Source of the DNA: Flavobacteriales bacterium
GTDB lineage: Bacteria > Bacteroidota > Bacteroidia > UBA10329
Reading direction: 5' to 3'
DNA: 64,000 bases
Assembly: GCA_016124845.1 (NCBI GenBank)
Contig: WGMW01000004.1
Location: forward strand, 4,242 to 68,241
The first letter of the stretch is position 1. Each line of letters opens with the position of its first letter. This document shows positions 49,759-58,193 of the stretch, one piece after another. The notes under the pieces are model-generated. The model had not been told where the DNA came from. It did no database searches and saw nothing but the letters and a program-made list of their open reading frames with translations. The position numbers and the translations under genes were made by a program.

Positions 49759-51474
49759 CTACATTTTCTCCGCCCACTCCAAACCATCAGGCAATTCGGA
49801 GGACGAAAACTCCAAGTGCAGCACCCTTCTCGGTTTCTGTTTCGCTGAGCGATTGGAAGAGTGAAGCAACAACGGCTTCATCAGCAACACGCCTCCTGCC
49901 GAAATTTCGCAATCGTACGGAATGCTGTTTTCTGTGATGGTTTTTATCTCATCCGTTGATAGAATTTTATTGTGACTTCCCGGCATTACGCGCAAACATC
50001 CATTCTCCCGGTCCGCATCATCTAAATGAACTCGAATGGTGAAGACGTTGCGATTGATCTCGACCGGTGGCAGCACGCTGATGACATCATCGCGCTCGGC
50101 CCAGCCAGTGAATCCTTCAACCTCCGCTTTTTGCTTCACATGAATGGTTCTATCCTGATGCCAACCTACCGACCAATTGGCACTCGGTTGCTTGTTCATG
50201 TAAATGGCTTTTACCAAAAACGCCTTCGGGTCGACAGACGATACCACGCGCTGCAAATTCTTGTTGAACAACATCGGCTTGAGCTCAGGAATGGCCTCGA
50301 GCAAGCCCCGCTTCACATAATTCTGATTGCTCTCCGCGTCAAACGCCTTTTCCAACAATCGGTTCATCTGCTTGATGGCGCGCTGGGAATACACATGATT
50401 CAGAATTCCGAAACCCTTGTGTTTCATCTTTCGCGAAGCACTGATCAACCCCTTTTCATTCAGATCGGTATTATAGAGGTCAATAGCCCCTTCCAATCTA
50501 TCGCGTATGCTTCTTTTGAGTCGCTCCGGTTTAATGACCATCAAGCCATCTCCAAAGGCCAAAAGTTCTTTCTCCAACTCAAAATTGTGCTGAACATGAA
50601 TTCTGAATGTCATGCCGTAATGGTCTCTCTCCAGCAGCTGTTGTGACCAGTGCAACGGTTTCGTCATCACGTATGGCGCATGCGTGTGATTCACGAAAAA
50701 ATCAACCTCCATCGGCTTTAAAGATGGACTGACCGAAACCCCGATCGCATCTCTGAAATAATCTTCGGCATTGAAATCAGGCCTATCCCAATAGACAGCA
50801 TCTGAATACTCGATCTGAATTATTCTGTCCAAGGCTGGAGTCATAAGTTGCGCCTGTCTGCCCTTGGCTCCGATGAGAAACCAACGGTTTCGGAACTCCT
50901 TCAACAGATACGGATGAAACTCGAATGTCTGCGGATGACGTGCCTTGAATGATTGGTACGTAAGCCGAATGACGTGCTTTTTGATGATGGCCTGATACAG
51001 CGGCTCCAAGAAATCCAACCCTTTCAGGTTCTCATTCTTTTCCATATCGATCACCGGTTTCTGATGCGTTTTCTGCGCGTAAACGTGGTCTTCGAGCTTC
51101 TGCACCATCGCATCCAATTCCTTGAAGTGCGAAAACCCTTTGAACTCCTTCAGAAACTCCACGGTCTCCATCAAACGACCAAGGTCTTGGTCAGTAATTG
51201 GAATGTTGGTGATACTGTAATCGCGGTCTTCGTAGGTGTAATACTTCTTATCGGTGACAACAATGGGCGCATTGTACCCCAACTTATCGCTGCGCATCAT
51301 CTGAATATCACCCTGCACCGTTCTCCGGCTCACGCCTTTGTCAATGCCTTCATATTCATACAACGCATCCGAAACGGCATCAATCAGATCTTCCAATGTC
51401 CATTGGCGATAATGGTTCTGCAAACACTTATCAATGGTCTTGTAGCGAATAAGCGCGTTCCGATTTACAGGCAT
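49759..51474 (-). CDS. WYL-domain transcriptional regulator fused to a C-terminal phytanoyl-CoA dioxygenase (PhyH)-like Fe(II)/2-oxoglutarate dioxygenase domain
   Basis: N-terminal HTH (NRNALIRYKTIDKCL), WYL-like core (RLTYQSFKARHPQTFEFHPYLLKEFRNRWFLIGAKG), then ~200 aa with PhyH-like motifs (WHQDRT..., ENGCLRVMPGSH, RRVLHLEF). Confidence 0.7.
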   Translation of the reverse strand: MPVNRNALIRYKTIDKCLQNHYRQWTLEDLIDAVSDALYEYEGIDKGVSRRTVQGDIQMMRSDKLGYNAPIVVTDKKYYTYEDRDYSITNIPITDQDLGRLMETVEFLKEFKGFSHFKELDAMVQKLEDHVYAQKTHQKPVIDMEKNENLKGLDFLEPLYQAIIKKHVIRLTYQSFKARHPQTFEFHPYLLKEFRNRWFLIGAKGRQAQLMTPALDRIIQIEYSDAVYWDRPDFNAEDYFRDAIGVSVSPSLKPMEVDFFVNHTHAPYVMTKPLHWSQQLLERDHYGMTFRIHVQHNFELEKELLAFGDGLMVIKPERLKRSIRDRLEGAIDLYNTDLNEKGLISASRKMKHKGFGILNHVYSQRAIKQMNRLLEKAFDAESNQNYVKRGLLEAIPELKPMLFNKNLQRVVSSVDPKAFLVKAIYMNKQPSANWSVGWHQDRTIHVKQKAEVEGFTGWAERDDVISVLPPVEINRNVFTIRVHLDDADRENGCLRVMPGSHNKILSTDEIKTITENSIPYDCEISAGGVLLMKPLLLHSSNRSAKQKPRRVLHLEFSSSELPDGLEWAEKM

Positions 51475-51615
51475 TTTGAACTTAATTTTTGAAAAAGTAG
51501 AAATTATTTTCTACTGCGCAAAAAGACTGCGCAGTGGGTCAGAAATCTTTGTCCAGTTCATTGAAATAAGGCCCTGGCGCAGAAGAGTGAAGAGGTTGCG
51601 TCAGGGCCACATTAA

Positions 51616-51691
51616 GGAGCAGTGGCAGAGATGGTCAATGCGTCCCGCTGAAAACGGGAAGATAGAGGTTCAATTCCTTTCTACTCCACCA
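51616..51691 (+). tRNA. tRNA-Phe(GAA)-like sequence with encoded CCA; possibly functional but non-canonical
   Basis: Anticodon arm TCCCG-CTGAAAA-CGGGA and T loop TTCAATT. Acceptor GGAGCAG/CTACTCC has one C-A mismatch and the D stem is weak. Preceded by a 12-bp hairpin (GGCCCTGGCGCA...TGCGTCAGGGCC). Confidence 0.45.
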
Positions 51692-51695
51692 AATT

Positions 51696-51777
51696 GGGAA
51701 TGCGCCAGCGTTGGAGAGCTGGGCCGGACTGTAAATCCGGTGTGCAAACTGAATAGGTTCGAATCCTTTCATTCCCA
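51696..51777 (+). tRNA. tRNA-Tyr(GTA)-like sequence
   Basis: Perfect acceptor GGGAATG/CATTCCC, D arm CCAG-CGTTGGAGAG-CTGG, anticodon arm CCGGA-CTGTAAA-TCCGG, long extra arm, T loop TTCGAAT. Position 8 is C, the extra arm does not pair well, and there is no CCA. Confidence 0.5.
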
Positions 51778-51949
51778 CGGTTCTTTGAAAATATTGTGCT
51801 TAGCACGCAAGGCCTTTCCCCGAAAGGGAAAGACGGAAAGCAACAGAAGTGACGGCCCGGGCACGGGTTTCTGTATGGCTCTGCAGTCTGATTCCAGTTG
51901 GAAGTTCAGATACTGCCCGATCCAATGTCCGTTTTCCGCCACGTTGTTG

Positions 51950-52095
51950 ATGGGGGTTCGAATCCCTCATTCCGAAATACGGAATTAGTTCAATGGTAGA
52001 ATGGCAACTCCAAAAGCGCAGGTTCGAATCCTGCCACCGAGAGATCGGTGTAGCTCAGCTGGCCAGAGCACTGGACGTTTAATCCAGGTTGAGAT
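51950..52095 (+). other. array of tRNA-like fragments (two T-arm/3' acceptor pieces, a Trp-like D-arm/CCA anticodon piece, a Lys(TTT)-like 5' half)
   Basis: GGGGGTTCGAATCCCTC-ATTCCG-aaata-CGGAAT-TAGTTCAATGGTAGAAT...CTCCAAA...GCAGGTTCGAATCCTGC-CACCGA-gaga-TCGGTG-TAGCTCAGCTGGCCAGAGCA-CTGGA-CGTTTAA-TCCAG. No complete cloverleaf can be closed. Confidence 0.4.
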
Positions 52096-52429
52096 AGACT
52101 CATAATCTATCATCGAGAAGCGGTCACTTCTAAAAATGACCACCCGAGAAGATCGTGCTGAGTTGGTCGGTTCCGAAACTGCTTGCAGTTGACGAACAGT
52201 CTGAAAAAGGCTCTGAAGCTTCAGGATACCGCTTGAGGAATTCAGGCCACTTTCTGTTGAGGGAGATGAATGGAGAATGCGAAATGTCGCGTTCAAAAAT
52301 CCATCCGAATCTGTAGAAACTGGTCCGAATGCAACATGCTCAATGCAGCTTCCGCCTTTGCCAGATGATCGGCTCAGCAAGGTCTTCTCTTTTAAGAGAA
52401 ATATGAATGATGAATAAATAATAGAAACG

Positions 52430-53521
52430 ATGAAACGAGTAAGAATTAACATCGGAAAAGTTGGTTTGGTATTCAGGTATGGCGATTTCACACGCGTTAT
52501 TACCGAAGGTGTACATTGGATCGGTCTGTTTGACGAGGTCAAACTTTACGACCAGACCCAGCCTTTCTACTCCACCATCAACCTGAACATTCTTTTGCGA
52601 AACACCGAACTGGTCAGCATGCTTGAAGTGGTGGAAGTGAAAGAATCGCAGATAGCACTTCAGTTTGAGAAGGACGTTTTCAAAGGTGTGCTTACCGCAG
52701 GTTCGTACGCTTTCTGGAAAGGCGTGATCGATCATCGTTTTCAGTTGATCGACCTCTCGAACTACGAAATCGCAGCGGATGTTGAGAAAGACATCTTGAC
52801 CAAACCTGAAGTATTGCGTTACGTGAGGGTTTTTGTGGTCGAGTCGTTTGAGAAAGGTCTGATGTTCGTGAATGGTGAGTTCAAGAAAGAAATGAAGGCG
52901 GGTGTGTACTACTTCTGGAAGAACACCGATGCCATCAGCTTTCAGAAAGTTGATCTGCGACAGCAGCAAATGGAGATCCCAGGTCAGGAAATTCTGACCA
53001 AGGACAAGGCTGCCTTGCGAGTGAACTTCAACGTGAAGTACAAGGTGACCGATGCACAGAAGGCGCTTGTTGAGAACAAGGACTTCGAGAAGCAACTGTA
53101 CGTAGCCGTGCAAATGGCATTGCGTGAATTTGTTGGAGGCCTGGATCTGGACGAGCTGCTTGAACGCAAGGAATCCGTGAGCGACTTCGTGCTGAAAGAG
53201 GTGAAAGCCCGAGCGGTGGTGCTTGGTATCGAGATCGCAGATTGCGGTATCAAGGACATCATCCTGCCTGGCGAAGTGAAGGACATTATGAACCGTGTTC
53301 TCATTGCGCAGAAACAGGCACAGGCCAACATCATCACCCGAAGGGAAGAAACAGCCTCTACCAGAAGCTTGCTGAACACCGCCAAGCTGATGGAAGACAA
53401 CGAGATGCTGTACAAGCTGAAGGAGATGGAATACGTTGAGAAGATCGCGGATAAGATCAATAGTATCACCCTCTCTGGAGGTGGTCAGGTTGTCAACCAA
53501 CTGAAGGAGATCTTTACCTGA
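52430..53521 (+). CDS. SPFH/band-7 domain protein (stomatin/prohibitin/flotillin superfamily)
   Basis: 363 aa with the SPFH core (...LRVNFNVKYKVTD...ELLERKESVSDFVLKEVKARAVVLGIEIADCGIKDIILPGEVKDIMNRVLIAQKQAQANII...). Confidence 0.85.
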   Translation: MKRVRINIGKVGLVFRYGDFTRVITEGVHWIGLFDEVKLYDQTQPFYSTINLNILLRNTELVSMLEVVEVKESQIALQFEKDVFKGVLTAGSYAFWKGVIDHRFQLIDLSNYEIAADVEKDILTKPEVLRYVRVFVVESFEKGLMFVNGEFKKEMKAGVYYFWKNTDAISFQKVDLRQQQMEIPGQEILTKDKAALRVNFNVKYKVTDAQKALVENKDFEKQLYVAVQMALREFVGGLDLDELLERKESVSDFVLKEVKARAVVLGIEIADCGIKDIILPGEVKDIMNRVLIAQKQAQANIITRREETASTRSLLNTAKLMEDNEMLYKLKEMEYVEKIADKINSITLSGGGQVVNQLKEIFT

Positions 53522-53534
53522 TCTCCTTCACCAT

Positions 53535-53611
53535 GGTGCCGTAGCTCAATTGGCCAGAGCACCCGACTGTCTCTCGGGCGGTTGAGGGTTCGAGTCCCTT
53601 CGGCACCGCCA
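53535..53611 (+). tRNA. tRNA-Asp (anticodon GTC), CCA encoded
   Basis: GGTGCCG-TA-GCTC-AATTGGCCA-GAGC-A-CCCGA-CTGTCTC-TCGGG-CGGTT-GAGGG-TTCGAGT-CCCTT-CGGCACC-G-CCA. Position 37 is T, which is unusual. Confidence 0.75.
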
Positions 53612-53613
53612 AT

Positions 53614-53686
53614 CAATCCATAGGTTCAATCGGTAGACTATCCGACTTTTAATCGGAGGGTGCAGGTTCGAATCCTGCTGGGTTGA
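53614..53686 (+). tRNA. tRNA-Lys (anticodon TTT)-like
   Basis: Acceptor CAATCCA/TGGGTTG (one G-U pair), anticodon arm TCCGA-CTTTTAA-TCGGA, T arm GCAGG-TTCGAAT-CCTGC. D stem needs G-U pairs. No CCA. Confidence 0.55.
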
Positions 53687-53717
53687 CAAAAGCCGTAATC
53701 CTGCCGTATCGACCAAA

Positions 53718-54479
53718 TTGGTTGAATCCTACATGAATCGCATAAGATTGAGACTATTTACTTTGCGGTCGATGAGCGCAGCGGTTCAACTTGATGCAGA
53801 AAAGATCATTGCAACGATCGATCGGCTTGAAAAGCGGATAGCAGACCGATTTCCTGATTCGGGTCTGAGGAAGATCTGTGGGGAATTTCTGGAGATTGCC
53901 AGTCACAGCAAACAGAATATCGAATGGATAGGTGCTCCGAATATTCCGCTTCGCCTGTTTTCTGCCATGGCCATTCTCATTGGCCTGAGCGGATTGATCT
54001 ACAGCATCACTTATATCGACCTGCGAATTGACAACACCACCTTGGGGAACATGGTAACGATCTCTGAGGCCGTATTCAACGACCTTGTTCTTATCGGTGC
54101 GGCCGTCTTCTTCGTTGTGAGTATCGAGTCGCGGGTCAAACGCAACCGCGCACTCAAATCGTTGAATGAACTGCGTGTGATCGCCCATGTGATCGACATG
54201 CTTCAGCTGACAAAGGACCCGAACCATTCCATGACCGGACGCGAAGACACGGTCAATTCACCGAAACGCACATTGTCGAAAGTGGAGCTGCAACGCTATC
54301 TCGATTATTGCTCTGAGGCAACTGCGCTCATTGCCAAGGTGGCCGCTCTGTATTCGCAGAGTTTGCCGGATGAAGTGGTGGTTGGCGCGGTCAATGAGAT
54401 CGAGGTGCTCAGCACAGGATTGAGCCGTAAGATCTGGCAGAAGATCATCATTCTGAACACACGCCAGACCGAAGTGTGA
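53718..54479 (+). CDS. hypothetical membrane protein
   Basis: 253 aa with two central TM helices. No recognisable family. Confidence 0.55.
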   Translation: MVESYMNRIRLRLFTLRSMSAAVQLDAEKIIATIDRLEKRIADRFPDSGLRKICGEFLEIASHSKQNIEWIGAPNIPLRLFSAMAILIGLSGLIYSITYIDLRIDNTTLGNMVTISEAVFNDLVLIGAAVFFVVSIESRVKRNRALKSLNELRVIAHVIDMLQLTKDPNHSMTGREDTVNSPKRTLSKVELQRYLDYCSEATALIAKVAALYSQSLPDEVVVGAVNEIEVLSTGLSRKIWQKIIILNTRQTEV

Positions 54480-54500
54480 GAATCATTTTATATTGAGCGC

Positions 54501-55316
54501 ATGAAAGCATACGAGAACAATCTGGATGTTTTCGCTTCCGTTTTCAAGCGATCGCTGAAACATCATTTCAGGTTTGAGGGATTGAAACTGAATAAAATGA
54601 TGGTGGTGGCAGATGAAAAGCAATTGGATCAATTGGACGCATTTGCCGAAACGTATTGCGATGCGCGACCACAGTTCGTTTATGATGAACAATTCGATTG
54701 GAACCGGCTGAAAAACTTCATCGGTCAGGAGAAACCAGATGTCATTCTTATTCAGCGTTTTCTCGGAATCCATGCGGAAGGATTGCGGTTCAGTATCGGC
54801 CCGATACTGGAAAGCATTACGCAGGAACTGAACATTCCTGTGCTGATTCTTCCCAAGGACCGTTCGGAGTTCAGGATCCGGACCATCGGCATTGGCTTCG
54901 ACCACCAGATAGACAACAGCAATTTGGTGAACAGGGCCTTGCTGATGAGCAAATTTGCCACCGCGCTGCAACTCATTCACATCGAAGATGAAAGCATCTT
55001 CAACTATTACATGGATGCCATTGCCAAAATACCGGGCATCAACACGGAGTATGCTTCCAAGAATATCAGAGAGACCATTCTTGACCTTTCTGGCGATTTC
55101 TTTTCGGATGTGAAGGAAAAGTTGGCAACCGAAAACCTGCAGGTCACCGCCCGCTGCTCTTTCGGAAATGTGGCCGCAACGTATGATCGGTTGGTGTCTG
55201 AGAACAACATCGACCTGCTTGTTTTTGAGGCCGAGGACGATTCGAAACTTGCCATGCACAGCTTGGGACAGTCACTTACCATTCAATTTCCAGAAAAAGC
55301 CGTACTGCTGGTATGA
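54501..55316 (+). CDS. universal stress protein family protein (tandem UspA-like domains), tentative
   Basis: 271 aa. Two alpha/beta halves each ending in hydrophobic ...LVF / ...VLLV strands typical of Usp domains. Assignment from recall only. Confidence 0.55.
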   Translation: MKAYENNLDVFASVFKRSLKHHFRFEGLKLNKMMVVADEKQLDQLDAFAETYCDARPQFVYDEQFDWNRLKNFIGQEKPDVILIQRFLGIHAEGLRFSIGPILESITQELNIPVLILPKDRSEFRIRTIGIGFDHQIDNSNLVNRALLMSKFATALQLIHIEDESIFNYYMDAIAKIPGINTEYASKNIRETILDLSGDFFSDVKEKLATENLQVTARCSFGNVAATYDRLVSENNIDLLVFEAEDDSKLAMHSLGQSLTIQFPEKAVLLV

Positions 55317-56686
55317 TGCTGAGTGCTGAAATAACCCACGTTTCTACAGGTGTTACCTTGATCTTCCTCGGTCTTCTGGTCCTGATGATCCTTGCGTTGG
55401 CCTTGGAAACCAAACTGCATGCACACAAATCGGTGATAACGGGTGTTACCGCTGGCATTGCGTTGCTGTTGGGCCAGTCGCTCGGAATCTTTGACGGGGT
55501 TGAAGCGCATAGCGGTCACATGAAATTCTATGTGGAGTTCATCGATTGGGGCGTGATCGCCATCATTCTCGGTTCAAGCATCTTCATCGATATCACTTCA
55601 AAAAGCGGCATCTTCTCGTGGTTGGCCATCAAACTCACCAAAATGACCAAGGGCGACCCGTTCCGATTATTGGTCTATTATTCTTTTCTCACGGTGGTGT
55701 TTTCAGCTTTGCTGAACAACGTAACGGCCATGCTCATTATCGGTTCGCTTACCGTGGTATCGCTTACCAACCTGAGGCGAAAGGACCTACTTCTCGGTTT
55801 TTTGCTTTGCGAAGGACTTCTGACCAACGTTGGAGGACTGCTTACGCTTATCAGTTCGGTTCCCAACATTATTGTGGGGAACACCGCTGGCATTTCGTTC
55901 GTCACATTTTTCATGATCTCTGCACCGTATGTGCTGTTGGCAACGGTTGCCACCATTCTTTTGGCCAGTAGACTTTTCGGTATCAACCGCCTAAAAACGG
56001 AAAAGGAGAAGAATGAAGCTGAGAAGCTGATCAACGATTTTGACGAGAAGGAAGGCGTTGATTCGGAATCGTTTTTCATTATCGGCTGGATCGCATTCCT
56101 GTCGTTCATCCTCGTGCTTGCCACTACCGATATCATTCCCTACATCAACCAGCTTGGAATCGGTTTCGTGGCCATGGCCTTTGGAGTGATGATGTTGCTG
56201 AAGGTGAAGAACCGAACGGAGGCCACATATCAGGTTTTGGACTGGGACCTGCTGTTCTTCTTTGCATTTCTGTTCGTGGTCATTGGTGCCATGGAACACG
56301 CACAGGTTCTTGGACTTATCGGTGGCTTTGTGGTGAAACTGATGTCGCTGGGAGATGTGGGAGGCCCACTTGCGTTGCTTTGGGCAAGCGCGCTTGCAAG
56401 TTCGGTCACCGATAATATTCCGCTTGCGGCCATGCTGGCCAAAACCATGTCATCGCTACCCGAATTTGCGCAGGGTTTCTGGTGGTCGGTGATCTACGGT
56501 GCAAATCTTGGCGGAAATATCACACCTATAGGTAGTGCATCAACCGTGGTGGCGGTCACCATCATCCAAAAAAACAACTTGAACCTTTCTTTTGTGGGCT
56601 TCATAGTAAAGGCCGTTCCATTTGCGCTGGTGCAACTTTTTCTTGCCAGCGTTTACGTCTATCTTATTGGAATTCAGGTGGGATAG
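55313..56686 (+). CDS. ArsB/NhaD-superfamily anion permease (citrate/arsenite transporter-like), 10-12 TM
   Basis: 457-aa polytopic membrane protein. Start overlaps the previous stop (ATGA). Two-repeat architecture with a central hydrophilic loop. Confidence 0.7.
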   Translation: MMLSAEITHVSTGVTLIFLGLLVLMILALALETKLHAHKSVITGVTAGIALLLGQSLGIFDGVEAHSGHMKFYVEFIDWGVIAIILGSSIFIDITSKSGIFSWLAIKLTKMTKGDPFRLLVYYSFLTVVFSALLNNVTAMLIIGSLTVVSLTNLRRKDLLLGFLLCEGLLTNVGGLLTLISSVPNIIVGNTAGISFVTFFMISAPYVLLATVATILLASRLFGINRLKTEKEKNEAEKLINDFDEKEGVDSESFFIIGWIAFLSFILVLATTDIIPYINQLGIGFVAMAFGVMMLLKVKNRTEATYQVLDWDLLFFFAFLFVVIGAMEHAQVLGLIGGFVVKLMSLGDVGGPLALLWASALASSVTDNIPLAAMLAKTMSSLPEFAQGFWWSVIYGANLGGNITPIGSASTVVAVTIIQKNNLNLSFVGFIVKAVPFALVQLFLASVYVYLIGIQVG

Positions 56687-56804
56687 AGGTGTTACAACAA
56701 AGCAAACGGAAATAATAACCGTATTGTCACAGACCTATCGTACCACTTTACCTCCAATCCATTAGATTTGGACAACAAACAATCGCAAAATCAAAACATA
56801 GGAC

Positions 56805-58175
56805 ATGTCCGACTCATTCGATCTTTTAGACCAGCTTGGAGATTCTAAGAAAGTGGAGAACCTCAAGGCCAAAATTCAAAAGCAAAAAACATCAGACGTA
56901 GTATCAAAACTCGATCAGATTGAATCTCAGATAGACCGCGCGGTCTCGGAACAGCGCGACCCGGAAGAGATCGTTTCCGGCATCATCGAATCGAATTTCG
57001 AAACCCTGAACGGAGATGTGAATCAGACCGAACAGGACTTGCAGGAACTGATGCTTCATTTGCGTGGCATGTTGGATTCATGCGGTGGCGAATTCTCCAA
57101 ACTTCAGGAATTGAACCCAGAGGAACTCGGATGGATAGAACAGGCCAAAAAGAAGCTGGCCGATGCCGAAAATGAGCTTGCGGGTGCCAAAGGAATGAGC
57201 AACGCTTGGAATATCCTTTTCGGCTACAAGAACAGCCAGATCTCTAAAAAGGAGCAGGAACTGACACAGAGCCAGACCAACCTGAAGGATACGGAAGCAC
57301 GCGCCAACAAAAGCTACCGCGACCGTTTGAAGAATGCAGACATTGGTGAGTCGTTGAACCGGGTGATCAGCCAAGTTCAAGGAATGGTGGGCATTATTGA
57401 GGATATGATCCTTGATGTTGAGAAGCAGATCGATGCGCTTAAAAACCGCAAGGAGCTTGCTTTTGAAACAAAGGAGAAAGCTGCGGTGGTGATGCGTGAT
57501 AAGAAAAAGGAGCTCGAAGACATTGAGGCGCAACTGAAAAATGCCGAAAATGAACTTACAGAACTGCCTAACAACAGCCCTGAATACACCGAGCAGGAGA
57601 AAAAGATCGCTGATCTGCGCGAGAAGCGCGCAACGGCCAAAGGCAGTTACAATATCGCTTTGGGCATCTTTCAAAGTAAGGAGCGTTTCGTAGATCAGAT
57701 CGTGATCCATTTGGAAGCGCAGACCACTACCAAAAACAACCTGAAGCAGTTGATCGGTCAGTTGAAGAGTGATACGGAAGAACGTGTCACCACCTACGAA
57801 TCCGGTCTTCAGCTGATTCAAACAGCCACCGCGCAAGAGGCCGCCTCGCTCTACGAAGAAGCAGGTGTGAAGACGGATCAGAAAATAACCGAGATAGCAG
57901 CGAAGGTGCTGGTAGGTTCAGAAAAAGACCGCGTGGAACGCGTGAAGAAACACCCGGAGCGTATGACCGAGCTGCATAAAGTGCTTGTGGCCATGGCTGA
58001 AGCAACTGCCAAGTACAAGCAGGAAGATGCCAAGATCATGGAGCAGCACAGCAAGAAATTCGGTATCGATGTAAAGGAAACGTTCTCGCACCGTTACGAA
58101 AAGTCGGCCGATGCGCCTGCAGCGGCTCCCTCAGAGCCAAGCAAGGACAAATCTGTGAACGACCTCATGGAGTGA
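56805..58175 (+). CDS. hypothetical long alpha-helical coiled-coil protein (first gene of the six-gene operon); possibly TelA/PspA-like, unconfirmed
   Basis: 456 aa, almost entirely heptad-like charged helices. No enzymatic motif. Confidence 0.65.
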   Translation: MSDSFDLLDQLGDSKKVENLKAKIQKQKTSDVVSKLDQIESQIDRAVSEQRDPEEIVSGIIESNFETLNGDVNQTEQDLQELMLHLRGMLDSCGGEFSKLQELNPEELGWIEQAKKKLADAENELAGAKGMSNAWNILFGYKNSQISKKEQELTQSQTNLKDTEARANKSYRDRLKNADIGESLNRVISQVQGMVGIIEDMILDVEKQIDALKNRKELAFETKEKAAVVMRDKKKELEDIEAQLKNAENELTELPNNSPEYTEQEKKIADLREKRATAKGSYNIALGIFQSKERFVDQIVIHLEAQTTTKNNLKQLIGQLKSDTEERVTTYESGLQLIQTATAQEAASLYEEAGVKTDQKITEIAAKVLVGSEKDRVERVKKHPERMTELHKVLVAMAEATAKYKQEDAKIMEQHSKKFGIDVKETFSHRYEKSADAPAAAPSEPSKDKSVNDLME

Positions 58176-58193
58176 TCGGCCTGACCGTATTTC

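Noticed and set aside
51950-52095. Circularly permuted tRNA genes (3' half upstream of 5' half)
   Set aside because: The arrangement superficially fits, but permuted tRNAs are known only from a few algae and archaea-like contexts. The partners do not form consistent cloverleaves, and integration scars explain the pattern more simply.
51800-52420. Possibility that the untranslated stretch after the tRNA-like genes is tmRNA, RNase P RNA or SRP RNA
   Set aside because: I could not find the conserved tmRNA tag-reading-frame/acceptor features, the RNase P GGAAAGUCCGG and ACAGAACCCGGCUUA boxes, or the SRP domain IV motif.
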